64,000 nucleotides of DNA from Hydrolagus colliei (GCA_035084275.1 CM068749.1:16244001-16308000); one strand, 5' to 3'; counted from the first letter of the stretch, positions 12,061-23,930 are shown. Notes: generated by a model not told the origin, from the letters alone. Numbers and translations: made by a program.

Positions 12061-13383
12061 AAGTGAACCATATTGATCCGTGAGAAGGGAGTTTTTCCCT
12101 GCATCTCACCATCAATTTGCCACGTGAAGTGGTCGTCCATATCAAAATTCTCAGTGGAACTTTCCTTGCTCAAATAGCTACAGTGCCCAAACAAAGTAGA
12201 CGGGAAAGCAGCATCTCCAAAGGAGTGTGAGGTATTTCCTAGCATTGCTGGTACTGACAGTATATCAACACATTTACTATGCAGTACCTCTCATTTTAAA
12301 AATTGAGTATTCATGAAAAATTATCACATTCCTCATGGGAACCAGAGGTTTTAATATAACACAACTCTTCATCTATATATTAATGTTCCTGCTATTTCTG
12401 ATGGTTTTAATAACTTTTCAAAATCATTGTTGAAAAGTGATTATTCAATGGAGTTGAGTTCCGTGTTGCAAACCTCATTTCAAAATCATTACATTTCTGA
12501 TGAGGGAACAGTCTTTGGAGTATTATGTCATGTTGTATCAGCAACTAAAGTTATTTCAATATGATAGAATAGGTCCATGAATATCTGGAGCTACTCTTGA
12601 AAGACAAACTAATGACTCGGTGGGCAAATTGACTGTGAAATGTGATAATGAACCCCATGGATGAATGGAATGGTGTTTCATATTTTGTTGCGTATGAAAA
12701 TGGGATCAAAGCATATAGAATATCAATGATTGGCCTGGTCACATCTGAGGGGTAGCTGTGCCATCCATTTCTCAATCATCCATCTTCATTTTGCAATTGA
12801 TTGCAAAATCATCTTTCAGAGCATTTTGTCCCCTTCCTAACCCAGGCTGTTTAGGCTATTTTCCCAGTATTGCTCTGGCTTCTGTCAGCTTCTGTCTGGA
12901 AAGCTCAAAGCTGGAACGTATGACCTTTTTGCCTGAACAACATATAAACCCTTACCTTTTCTCAATGGGGAATTTGGGGTATTGAGATATTGTATTTTAC
13001 TTTTTTTTAATTTGTGAGTGTGGTTTTAATTTATTTCAGTAGGTTAGAATTAATATTCCAGTAATAAAGCTCTCCTGATGTTTCTGTTGATTTACTGCTG
13101 TAATGTTAAGGTTTTTAGTACCAGTGGGTGAAGTGAAAATGTACATCATTGGATGGATCGCAGAGACTGAAATTGCTGTAAACTTGTGGCAGTTTAAGGG
13201 TTAACCTTTTCTTCAGGTACTTATTGCACTTTTGTCCTTGCCATTTATATGATGTGATGTTACATGTTTTGTCAGGAGTGACCATTTTGACTGTGGTAAT
13301 GTTTGCTTTGAAGGCTGGTTGAGTGGGGAAATAATGCTTGTTTTGAGGAAATTGGTCTTTATAAGTTTCTGTGCAGTGGAAAC

Positions 13384-13696
13384 ATAATAATAATATTAAT
13401 AATCTTTGCATTTGATATAGTGCCTGATCACATCGTCTAGACATCTCAAAACGCTTCACAGAAGATAATGTTAAGTGAATTGACTGTATATTTGTGGGCA
13501 AAACATGGCAGCCAATTGTGCACTGTAGTGTCCCACAAACAGTTGTGGATTGAAGTTACCATTTTTTTTGTTTTTGAGGGATTATTATCAGGAATGTGAA
13601 GTAAAGAAACTTGCCCAAGGTTTTACCCTGCCTGGAATCGAACCCAGGTCTCTCGCTTGTAAGGCAAGTGCTCTAACCACTGAGCTTCAGGACTCC
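13384..13696 (-). mobile_element. full-length tRNA-derived SINE (family B)
   Basis: Reverse complement starts ggagtcctgaagctcagtggttagagc (Pol III A box) then gggttcgattcc (B box), a body, an L2-like tail stem-loop and an (ATT)n end. aaacat on both flanks is a possible TSD. Confidence 0.92.
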
Positions 13697-14799
13697 AAAA
13701 CATTTCATGCCTGAAATTGTAATTCTTTCAAATCAAACACACATATATGGTAATACAGTGGTTTGCTTTCCACTTTTGCTTCAGCGTCAAGTCAGAAAAT
13801 GTCAATGCTGCACCATGTGTGAAGGGTCAGCAGGGAACAACCAGCAGGACGTCAATGTGTTTGCCATTGAAGGTAGATGATCCAGAGAACACCAACTGAT
13901 TCCTCATTTTGTCTCTAATCCTGTAACACTCAACAGCAATCTATTTATAGATTGTAATGGGTCTTGCATGATAGTGCGGGACTTGCACTGCTGATCTATT
14001 ACTGAATGTCTCTAACATGCCAGAGTAAAATAATGCAATGTTACAATCCAAGGCTGTTACACAAGCGATATAGGGGTAGACATTCCACCTGAGTCTAGGT
14101 TTATCCTGTTGTCTTAGCATTTCAGAACATTACTATTTGTCAATTTCTTGTGTACAGTCTTAACTTTCCATTTTTTTGTATTGGTTTTTCAGAGCTACAG
14201 AAAAAATATTTTAAAGTTCAGACTGAATTCAACATTTTATCAAATTATGCTTACCCTAAAATGCTGAGAAAGTTGAGTAAATCTCATTCCAGTTGGATTT
14301 TCTCTCCCATAGCTCTTTGTAAAAGTGAAATGTGTGGTCAGAATTCATTTTTTGATATAGATGCAACAATGTATTTCAAATCAGTTTTGCACTTTTTTTA
14401 AGGGATCCATTTAATGATCTCCATAATGCATAAAATAATAAGATCAACTTATCAACCCACAAAGTAAGCTAAAATGTGCAATAATGCTCCAGAGACATTT
14501 TCAAATTCTAAATGTCCTCTGCAGCAACAAGCCAACTCTTACTTATCACAGTGTACATTCTCCATCAGCCACCACATCGTCCAACATATTCCTGCAAACA
14601 AATAACATACATTGCGGACAAAATAAACTAGTGTGATCATACTTTTCATTTAGAATATTGTAAATATGATCCCAAAGATGAATCAATGATTGTATACCAC
14701 TGTGACTAACATTGAACAAAGTGAATATGACGTGCTTTGAAAAGCTTCAAAATTGATCTTCATGAGTGTAAGGTCAAATTATTGAACAGTGGAGAAATG

Positions 14800-15130
14800 T
14801 TCAACCTGGTATAGGAATGAGACTTTCAGACCAGGAAGGTTCAAGATTCAATTTCCAGCTGATGATATTGCGTGTCAGGCAGGGCGTTGCTACAATTTGG
14901 CTCCGTGTTGCTGGGCTTTTGAGGTGGAAAGCAATATCGGCCATTCCAAATGATTCAGTAACAGTTGCTGGAAGTGCATTCGTGTGGATGCTGTGAATGG
15001 ATCGGATCAGCTTTGGCTTTGATGGCTCCTAGTCAAATACCCATTGATTCTGTTTGGTCAAATAGCTCACTGACTCGGTATGTCCAGGTTTTCACATGAA
15101 GTGGGCATTTGGGCAAGTGGAAGGAAACTG
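14800..15130 (+). mobile_element. ancient SINE-like interspersed repeat (family C)
   Basis: Ordered motifs gaccaggaaggttc / ctacaatt(t)ggc / gctggaagtg / gtggatg / aggttttcacatgaag are shared, in diverged form, with 37900-38155, 32490-32620 and the minus-strand copies at 25410-25690 and 27120-27440. Confidence 0.55.
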
Positions 15131-15253
15131 CTGCTACCTGTGGAGCTATAAGTTTAGCATGAGTCGCTTCCTCCAAGAGAAGTGAGTTGGGGACAGGGGA
15201 AAGAGAGAGAGAGGGGTAGAGAGAGAAAACAATAAAAGTACAAAGGATGGAAG

Positions 15254-16134
15254 TAGGGTCCGGCAATATATCGATATATCGCTAAAATCCAATATAATTT
15301 TCATATCGATACGCCAATATAGACATTTCAAAATTATCGATATTTTGAAAAATCGATATATCGAGGTAAAAAATCGGACTGCCGCACACTGAACTACAAG
15401 ACCCAGAATGCTCATCTCTATACACCATGCACAGACCGAGGTGCAAAGCCGCCATATTGTATTCATAGTCCTCGAATACAATATACAGGTATGCAAGGGG
15501 TGGGGGGGGAGAGAAGGCTGGGGGGGGCAGGGGGAGGGAGACGGCTGGGGTGGGGGTGAGGGGGAGAGAGACGGCTGGGGGGGTGGGGGGGAGAGAGACG
15601 GCTGGGGGGGCGGTGGTGGGGAGAGAGAGACGGCGGGGCGGGTGGGGGGCAGAGAGAGAAAGCGGGTGGGGGGTGGGGGGGAGAGAGAGATGGCGGGGAG
15701 AGAGAGATGGCGGGGGGTGAGGGGGAAAGAGACGGCTGGGAGGGGTGAGAGAGACGGCGAGGGGGGGTGCGGGAGGGAGAGAGAGACGGTTGGGGTGGGA
15801 GAGGGACGACAGGGGGGGGGAGAGAGACGGCGGGGGGTGGGGTGGTGGGGGGAGAGACGGGGTGGATGTGATAATATACAGATTGATGGAGATGGGGGGG
15901 ATGTGAGAGAGACACAGAGACACAGACAGAAAAACACAGAGATGGAGAGAGTGAGAGACACAGAGAGAGAAAGATATTTACCTCCTGAGGAGATAGGCCC
16001 CGAATGCGCGCGCACTCTGAACGCACGCGCGCATGCGCAGTACGAAAAACCCAAAAATATCGATATTTCTGTATATCTCGATATGAGCCCATCGATATAT
16101 CTAAAGCGGAAAATTTCCATATCGACGGGCCCGA
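15254..16134. mobile_element. non-autonomous hAT-superfamily DNA transposon, 881 bp
   Basis: Exact 8-bp TSD gatggaag (15246-15253 and 16135-16142). TIRs tagggtccggcaatat and revcomp tcgggcccgtcgatat match at 12/16. Subterminal arrays of atcgat at both ends. No transposase ORF. Confidence 0.9.
15497..15972 (+). repeat. G-rich minisatellite (gagagagacggc + G-runs) grading into (GA)-rich tract, inside the hAT element
   Basis: About ten degenerate units of gagagagacggc(t)gggggg are directly visible. It produces the spurious Pro/Gly-rich ORFs in the track. Confidence 0.9.
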
Positions 16135-16732
16135 GATGGAAGTGACAATGTATAGTCCAGAACCTATGGTGAATAAGCATCTTTTTATAATAATTTTTTG
16201 GTAAATGATTGAATTACATTCAGATTCTCATATTTTAAAAAATCTCAATAATTTGACAGAAGCATAGTTTTTAAAAAAAATAAGATTTGCATTGCAAAAA
16301 ATAAAAGAACTCTATTCATTTACTCCTGTGTCTGATCTACAGAAGGTATTGCACTTTTTCTCTGCTCTGAAGATGGTGTTGACCACAAGCCACAAGCTCC
16401 TGGAGGTTTGATTTGACCTTGTCATAGCCACTTTGTAAGATTGCTTAATTTGAGGGGTTGGTGGAAAGCTGTAGGTCTATTCATTTTTGGAATTCTATCT
16501 GGAGAGTGTTGATGAGTCACATTTACTTGCTGAGCTGCCCTGAGCAACATCACCAATCACATGTCCCCAGAAGTTAAGCAAACTTTTGAGTACTTGGACG
16601 AGGTGTCTGCTGTGTTGCTTAATTGATCCATATAGGCCTGATTATTGCTGGACACGTCTGATAATTATATCTCAAGTCGCTTTGGACTGAGCCAAACACT
16701 TCCCTGTGGGATTCTAAAACATTGGATTTAAA

Positions 16733-17030
16733 GCCTCCTCCGGTGGCATTCCTGACAACTTCTGCGACTTTGAGTGTGTGCTTGATATTCAGTTTTCCCT
16801 CTGCATGTCATGTAGCATTGCTATACCTTTCCTCACACTGCTGTCAGGTCCTCTTAACTTCTGTGGCACCAATTAAAAATTGAAGCTGTCCTTTCCCATT
16901 GCTAGACATGACTTTTGCCTGAGGTGCCTTTTTTTTTAGCGACTAAGATTCTCCTGAAAACATTTCACCATCTCGCTAACTGACAACTCAACCTCTTCAT
17001 CATTAACTGCTCTTAACTTATCTGGAACAC
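16733..17030 (-). pseudogene. decayed Myb/SANT-like DNA-binding ORF of PIF/Harbinger (NAIF1/MSANTD-like) type
   Basis: Manual minus-strand translation gives KLRAVNDEEVELSVSEMVK...*QWERTAS, a frameshift, then GATEVKRT*QQCEERYSNAT*HAEGKL and later RNATGGG. This fits the family pattern FxxEExxxLV...W...RTxxQCxKRW...TGGG. Multiple stops. Confidence 0.6.
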
Positions 17031-20000
17031 TGTAAGAATGCATGCACCCTTCTGCCTGCTGCTGTCAGGAACAGGGAACCCCCCACAATGCTGTGTGGAC
17101 TCAGACAGACATAAATTGATTCTGGCATCCATGCTAGTAGCCTGCAGGGAAATATTAAACAATTGGAAAAGCATTGAACAAATATTAAAGAGTGAATGAG
17201 GAATTTTTTTTTTGCAATGCCTGGTGAGAGCAATTGTGTCTTTGGATGGTTGATGGGGGAATTGTAGCAACATGGAGAAGGAACTCACAATGGACTCGTC
17301 TTCTCAGCATTGGTTCCGCTCTTGCAAATCAATTGGCTTCTATAATTCAAGTTTTCATTCATTATAAGGGCAACTTCTTCATATGCAAAGAATCCCTGAA
17401 AGTATAATTAATGGTATTTTGTAATCTGCCCAAATCCAAAAATATTATTGAGAACACACGATACTGAAATTAACAGTTTTCAAAAGCCTTACAGCAAACC
17501 TTTCACTAAATTGCCCTTGGGTAATTCAAAGATTCAGCAAATTAATCTTAGTCGGCACTTGGGAGCAGAACTTTGGTAAATAAGTTTTCTAAATTGTACT
17601 AAAACGTTTGAATTATTGGATGACTGATCATTTTTTATAAATCCTGGTGATTTATTTCATTATTTATTAGAGGATGCAAATTAATTTCTTCACACTTAAA
17701 CACAATTTTTTTTAGTTTGAATATGGTTTAGGATGGATTGCATTTATTGCTGCCACAGAAAACTTTCAATTTTTGTTAATAAAAATGTCAGATGCCACAC
17801 AGATTTACATTACCGTTTAGTTCTACCTCAGATGATTCAAATCTACAACGAAAGAATCATAACAGTGCAACATTGGAATGAAACCTAAAACCTTTGCATT
17901 GATTCTGATTTCTATCATTTTATGTATGTTTCCATCAATATAAAGATACAAAAGTTTATTGTATTAAACAGTTGAGTAACTAATTAGCAGCAGTAATAGA
18001 AAAGTTAAAGGAGATGTGGGGTGAAAATATTGAGGGCAAATATTGAGAGCAATAGGCAATAGATTATGGAGCAGTGCCTCAAAGAGTCAATAAAGTGGAA
18101 ATTAGCCAAATTCAGGATTTATGCTTAAATGGCACAGTTAAGAAGGTATAAGACTGGTTTGGAAGCAAGGTGATGAGGCCAGCCATCTGAAACCACAGTA
18201 GTAGTGTGGAGGAGTAACCTGCGCAATTTGATGAGTGTAAGAACGAGTTCTTCAAAATTATAATTGTTTATCTGTCCTGCCACTTCTGGGCAGTTTGTGT
18301 TAGGTGTGTTAGGTGTGCCTGAATTATGCCTGGTTCATCAAAACTAAATGATGATCATCAATGCATCCACACATCTCCGATTATTTCTACCACTGTATAT
18401 TCCTGCAGCTTCATGCCTATTGTGCCGCTCTATTTCCTTTGTAGCCCAAGTGGGCTGCTTTGCTTGGTTACCATGGATCTAAATCTGAGCACTTTCAAGC
18501 TGATCACGATTTTAGTTATTTTAAAGGTATCCCACTGAACAACACTGCAGGCGGTGCTAAAGAATAGCAGTGCCTTTCGTTTCATTGCCGTATAATGAGA
18601 AGTGCAGTTCTGGCTTAAATCATAGTATATGTATCATTATATTGCTTGTTAGCTTATGTCAGCTACACTTCAGTTGCATTTTCAATGCATGCTTATTAAA
18701 AAGAACATAATGTCAGTCTGAAATGAGGTTGAGCTTGATACTGTTGTCTTACAAGCTTCACATGAATCAACTTAAACATTATCTAATGAGGTTGTTGCAA
18801 AGAGTCTGCAGATGGATTGATCAGTGGTGACCGAATATAAACCTTTGATTAAAAGCCGAACCTTAATGGAAGGGTAGCCCCAGTCAAACAAGCTTCCCAG
18901 ACAGTGTTTGTAAAGGCGATCAATTTGGTATTTGCTGGTTAAACTCCTCCCACGTACCACAGGATCCTCAAACCTTGGCACAAGACAATGGGTAGTTTCT
19001 CACAAATCTTGACATTACTTTGGAACATAGGGTTTCAGAATAAATCTTGTGTTATTTTATCTACAGTCAACAAAGTCATAATGCGGCACCCATGGCAAAT
19101 CACTTAATAGAATAGAGAAACATAATCACAAAGTGCCAAACAAGAGCCACTCAATAAAGTATGCTTCTATGAAAAGGAAATGCTATGAAAAGGATAAAGC
19201 AACCCTGAGATCAATACTCGCACTTTCTATGAGGAGATAAAGTTTCAGCCAAGAAGGTATTGTCTGCTTTCTACTTTGCCCTGGTCATCGAGCTAATTGT
19301 TCTGTGCTCGTCAAGGCAACTCTTCAGGAGCCTCAAGCATCAGAACCAATACTTCCCAGGAGAAGGAAGAGTTTTGCTTTTTTTAAAAAAAAGATTTCCC
19401 AGCCCCTGCACAAAGCATATTTTACCTGTACCTCCTTTTCCTCTAAACTATTTGAATATAAGCCATTATTTTGACAGGACAGGCTGATTTTAATGGCATG
19501 TTACAGGAAATAGCAAAGATCCACTCAGTGAAGTTGATGCAATTTGGCATGGAACAAAGTCAGTAATGTTTCACAGCCTGTCGAGGCATTTTGGGGGGAA
19601 ACAAAGGTAAGTTATACATTGCTTGGTTACAAAAAGAATCTTCTGGCAGATTTCAGCATTTATGTAAGTACAACTAAAGTTGGCTATTCTGCTGTTGGCA
19701 GACTTGTCAACAGCTGCCATAACTGGAGAGAAAAATTATGCATTGACCTTGAACATTTAGTCAAGGTAATCACTGAGAGTTAGTTAGCATCTAAATATGC
19801 ACACAAATAAATTCACTAACATATTTGGATTGCCACTTGTGTGGTCAGTAACATACCCTTAGCCACAATTCTCTGGACATTAATGGCATCTGAAACCCCC
19901 CCCCGAGTGGCAGCTTCATGTTTTCATCAACTCCGATCATACAATTGAAGGTTTGAAGTTAAAGCTATTCCTATGCACGCCTCAAGCATCTTGGGTTGAT

Positions 20001-20511
20001 ACCAGATTATGAAGCAGAAGTGCAAAGGTACACAGCTACAGTTTTCAGTGTGGATTTACAATTATCGTTTAAGTATTTTTTTTCTTTGTCTCATTTGCTG
20101 TTAGAAGATGATCAAACGCTTTTATTGCATTTCAGCCTTTAGTAAATATTTGTGTGTTTAAAAATGCACATATCTTTAATCATGTATCTTTAATTTTGTC
20201 TGAAATCATATGAAATATTATGCAAGGCAGCAAGAACCAACTGTAAAATATACTTGAGGCAGACAATGACATTATACATCCCCTACAGTCCTGGCAAAGG
20301 GGTACATGAAACAAACTGGAGATGACAAACTCCAAAAGCATGTTATTCATTAGCTTCTCAAATGCTTTTATGAATTCTAATAAAATCAACAAGATAAAAT
20401 ATAACCCTGTAATTAAATTTCATTAAACATGGATGTTGTTGATTTATATTTGCATGAACATCTCCTCTCTCCCCTCACCGCACTGATACCCACCCCCCCA
20501 CCCCCACCTAA

Positions 20512-20530
20512 CCACACACACACACACACA
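20512..20530. repeat. (CA)n microsatellite
   Basis: Direct reading. Confidence 0.9.
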
Positions 20531-23334
20531 AATAACTCAAAATTATAGTTACCTTTTTAGGGAAGATGCATGCTTTAAGATGGGTCAATTTCAGCAGTAC
20601 ACTATGAGGTCTCTAATACCTGTTGCACACTCACTCCACCACCCTCAATTTCCCATGATAGGGGGAAGAAAGAAAGATTGTACATTTTATAATTTGGTAA
20701 ATTAAATCCTTTCTTGATACAGCGTATAGCTAAAACTGGAAACTCTTTAGCGCAGCACTTTGATGTATGCTAGATTCCTGACTGATTTCCCAAATCCCAA
20801 AACATCTGTGGATTACAGGTGTTGCTATGTTTATTGATATAAATTTTTTGTCCACTTTGATATATTTCAAATGTACTGTATTCAGAATTTTCTCAATACT
20901 GTGGAAAGAACCACTGGCCTCTCAAACCGTGGTAACTATGAAGGGAAGAAACAGCCTGATATATTGTTAGGTTTAATAGACTTGTTTATTTTCAACTCAA
21001 AGAGACTAGGAATCTGGAGGAGGAATTATCTTATTTAAATAGATTCGATAAAGACTACCTAAAGGAAAAACAGAGAGTTATGCTGTCATTTTTGCTCCTC
21101 AGCCAAAAAACATCCCTCTGACCCTTTAGTTTACATTTGGCTGCAGGGAAGCAAGGGATTGGGCAGGAAGGAACTCTGAGAGGTATTAACGGTGGTTCAA
21201 GGGACAGTTACACACGTACGACTCTTTGATGGTGTTCCAAGCCATATTTGTTTGAGACTGTTAATCTCTGTGATCCTGGTCTTTGAGTGACAAACCTGAG
21301 AAGATCTTCTCCCAGGCAGGTAGTGTTCTCAACACATTTCCTTAATCTGCAAGGAATACATTATTTCCCTTAGACTGAAGATTGCTTGAATTTAATTAAG
21401 AAGCCATTATAACAAAAAGCAAATCCAAGAAAAAAAATTCCTCCCAAATCCTTTACTTTCAGATGTAAAGCACATCTCGATTGTCTTGCCTGTTATTAAA
21501 AAATCATATCAACTGTTAAAATCCAGTCTAGTCAATGACTTCTGCTTACCTAGTTGCTAGTGTTAAGCCCATGAATGATCAACAGGGTCTTATTAACAAT
21601 GGGCCTTTTTTTTCACAGCACCTGCTATCTGAAGAAAATCCAAGTGCTGTGTGTCTGTTTGTTATGACATTCATTACTGAGGTAAGCTGTCGATTGTACA
21701 TCCAGATGAATCACTCATGCAGCTATACATCAATCAATATAAGCAGCTGCAGGCAGAGAGGATCAATGTAAATGAAATGCACTTGCAACCGGATTTTTCA
21801 CGTCTCCCCTATTCCCCCTGTGAATCCGAATTAATAGTCCTACTAAAAACACAGTATTGGGAAATTAACAGATGTTCTATAAAATAGAGTGATGAAAGAC
21901 AAGAGACAGGAAATTCCTATCTTGGGGATTTTGTACCAATTATTATCTTGAATCAGTTTTTAATACAGTATCAGAAAGATATCTAAGCATTGTCCTTATT
22001 GTCACCAGCTGAGATATTCTCCCTGCCCTGGTGTGCATTGGGAGAGCCAGTGAACACCAGGCTGAGCATTGTCTTGAATCTAGGGAGCAACTGAAGGGAC
22101 ACAGAAATTTATGTATTCATTTTTTAAGTGCTTTCCTGCTCTGATATTCTGTGTCCTCCGTGTGTCAACCGACATACTTTTGCTCTACCAACAACTTGAA
22201 TATTTGATCTAATTATATCGTGGTAACTAGTGTTTTGGTGTCTTCCATCTCTAAATGTTCCTTACTATCTCAACGTCATGATATGTAGTGTATATGTGGG
22301 TTTTTTTACTCACCCTAATATTCAAGGCATTTTGACAGTAAATTTCTGTTGAGGCTTCCAGTGTACCATCAAATTGCACATAGTGTTTCTCAGTTTTGAT
22401 ATTGGGGTACCTGCCAATGGTGCATGTGAATGTGACTATTTAATCAAACGCAAATAGAAACAGGAATCAAATTGCCTAAATAACTGGCTGACTAGTTATT
22501 GACCTCTGAAATGTTACTTGCACTTGGAATAATGCCTTTATGATGTGGGGAGGGGAAAAACAATCTTCTGATGATGGATATTCTCGAAGTGTGATGCTCT
22601 ATGGTTTCAGTCTGAGGTTTGCTGCAGCCTAGCCAGAAACTGCCACAAAATATAATGCAATCTCCCAAATAGAAAGGGATGACAATGGCTGCAGCGAAAA
22701 TCTAACCAACATCAAGAGGGTCTGCCAAGAAAAATCTTGTACAATAGCACTTTTTTTTTTGCATGCTGCTGGAATGAATTTTCATCACAGAAAGCACTCA
22801 CTCACACTTGTGGAGGAGGTTGCAATAGAGTTCTTTGTTACTCGGGAAAAATGAGACCAGCTCCTGTAAACTGAAAGATTCTGATCAGTCAGTCAATTTA
22901 ATGGCATAGACACAATTTACAATAGTTATCTATTAGCATTGGGAAAATGATATGATTTGCCATAAGTAAATATGAACGGAATGTTCTCATATATAACCTA
23001 CTCCATCTCATAACTAATAGGTGGTGGTTGTTTTCATAATCCTCAATCTATAACTGTCCAGCAATTGATTTTTCAGTACACATGCTCAGAACTCAATATG
23101 ATGTACTGTTGCAGTACATTATTTGTAATCCTTGCAGGTAATCTAATTTAGTCTGCAATGGATCAAATCACAAATGAGTATCCAGTGATGAGGAAATGGC
23201 ACACTAGAAATACTCCTCCTGAGAGCTTGGTTGAATCTGCAGCACTTGGAGAAACTGAAGTACAAACCTTAGCCAACTGGCACTCATAGCTGTAGAATTG
23301 TGCTTAACGTAATGTGGAAAGGTACAGGAGCACT

Positions 23335-23473
23335 TCACAATTACTTCTGTGATAACAGCAATGTTTCCCCCACAAAATATACGGTAGTTTCACTCTACAA
23401 TATATTCTGCAAAGCACTTTGAGACATCACAAAGACAGGATAAGGAGTTCTATCAAATGTAAGTAGTATTATT
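23335..23473 (+). mobile_element. SINE family B 3' fragment
   Basis: cccacaaaatatac...tatattctgcaaagcactttgagacatc...tatcaaatgtaag...tattatt. Confidence 0.8.
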
Positions 23474-23669
23474 GTCAATATGCTTGCAACTTCTCTAGAA
23501 GGAAAGGAACTGTCAGCTTGATTTGGTTATCAAAGAAAGTTGAAATGATATTCATCAAACTTGTGAGTACACAAGAGCAGATTGGTTCACTCACTGACTG
23601 ACCTGGTATCCTAGAAACCCTCTTTGAAGTAACATAGCTCTGCTGTGGCTGAATCATTCTTGGCATAGG

Positions 23670-23930
23670 AAGGCTGCTCAGGCCCTAGAATAGAGCCATG
23701 AGACTGATCCCCAGAGTTCAGAGCAATGTTTAGATCAGCTAGGGGGTCTTCAGTCCATCTTCAGAGAAACATCGAAGAAGCCGCCCTCAGAGCTGTATCA
23801 AATTTTGAGTGGGTTAAGAAAAACAAACCTAAAAGAATACATTAGGCTTTGGGTGGGTGGGTGTTCTGAACGGATGCAATCAGATGGATCAAAGCGCTTC
23901 CTTCATCTGAAGAAAGCCCATTTGGCCCAC
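23670..23930 (+). mobile_element. decayed CR1-clade LINE ORF2 3' fragment
   Basis: agagccatgagactgatcccc (RAMRLIP), ctagggggtcttcagt (LGxFS) and gagctgtatcaaattttgagtggg (ELYQILSG) follow the order of the CR1 ORF2 C-terminal motifs. Confidence 0.5.

Noticed and set aside
13625-13696. tRNA-like sequence (also 51556-51625 and 51910-51980)
   Set aside because: These are SINE heads. They continue into the SINE body and lack a proper acceptor stem, so they are not tRNA genes.
15146-16180. Longest ORFs in the track (344, 245, 213 and 209 aa)
   Set aside because: They are Pro/Ser- or Gly/Arg/Glu-rich translations of the G-rich minisatellite, open on both strands because the repeat lacks stops. No transposase or other domain.
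18772-18981. 69-aa ORF with protein-like composition
   Set aside because: No recognisable motif or exon boundaries, and the length is within chance expectation.
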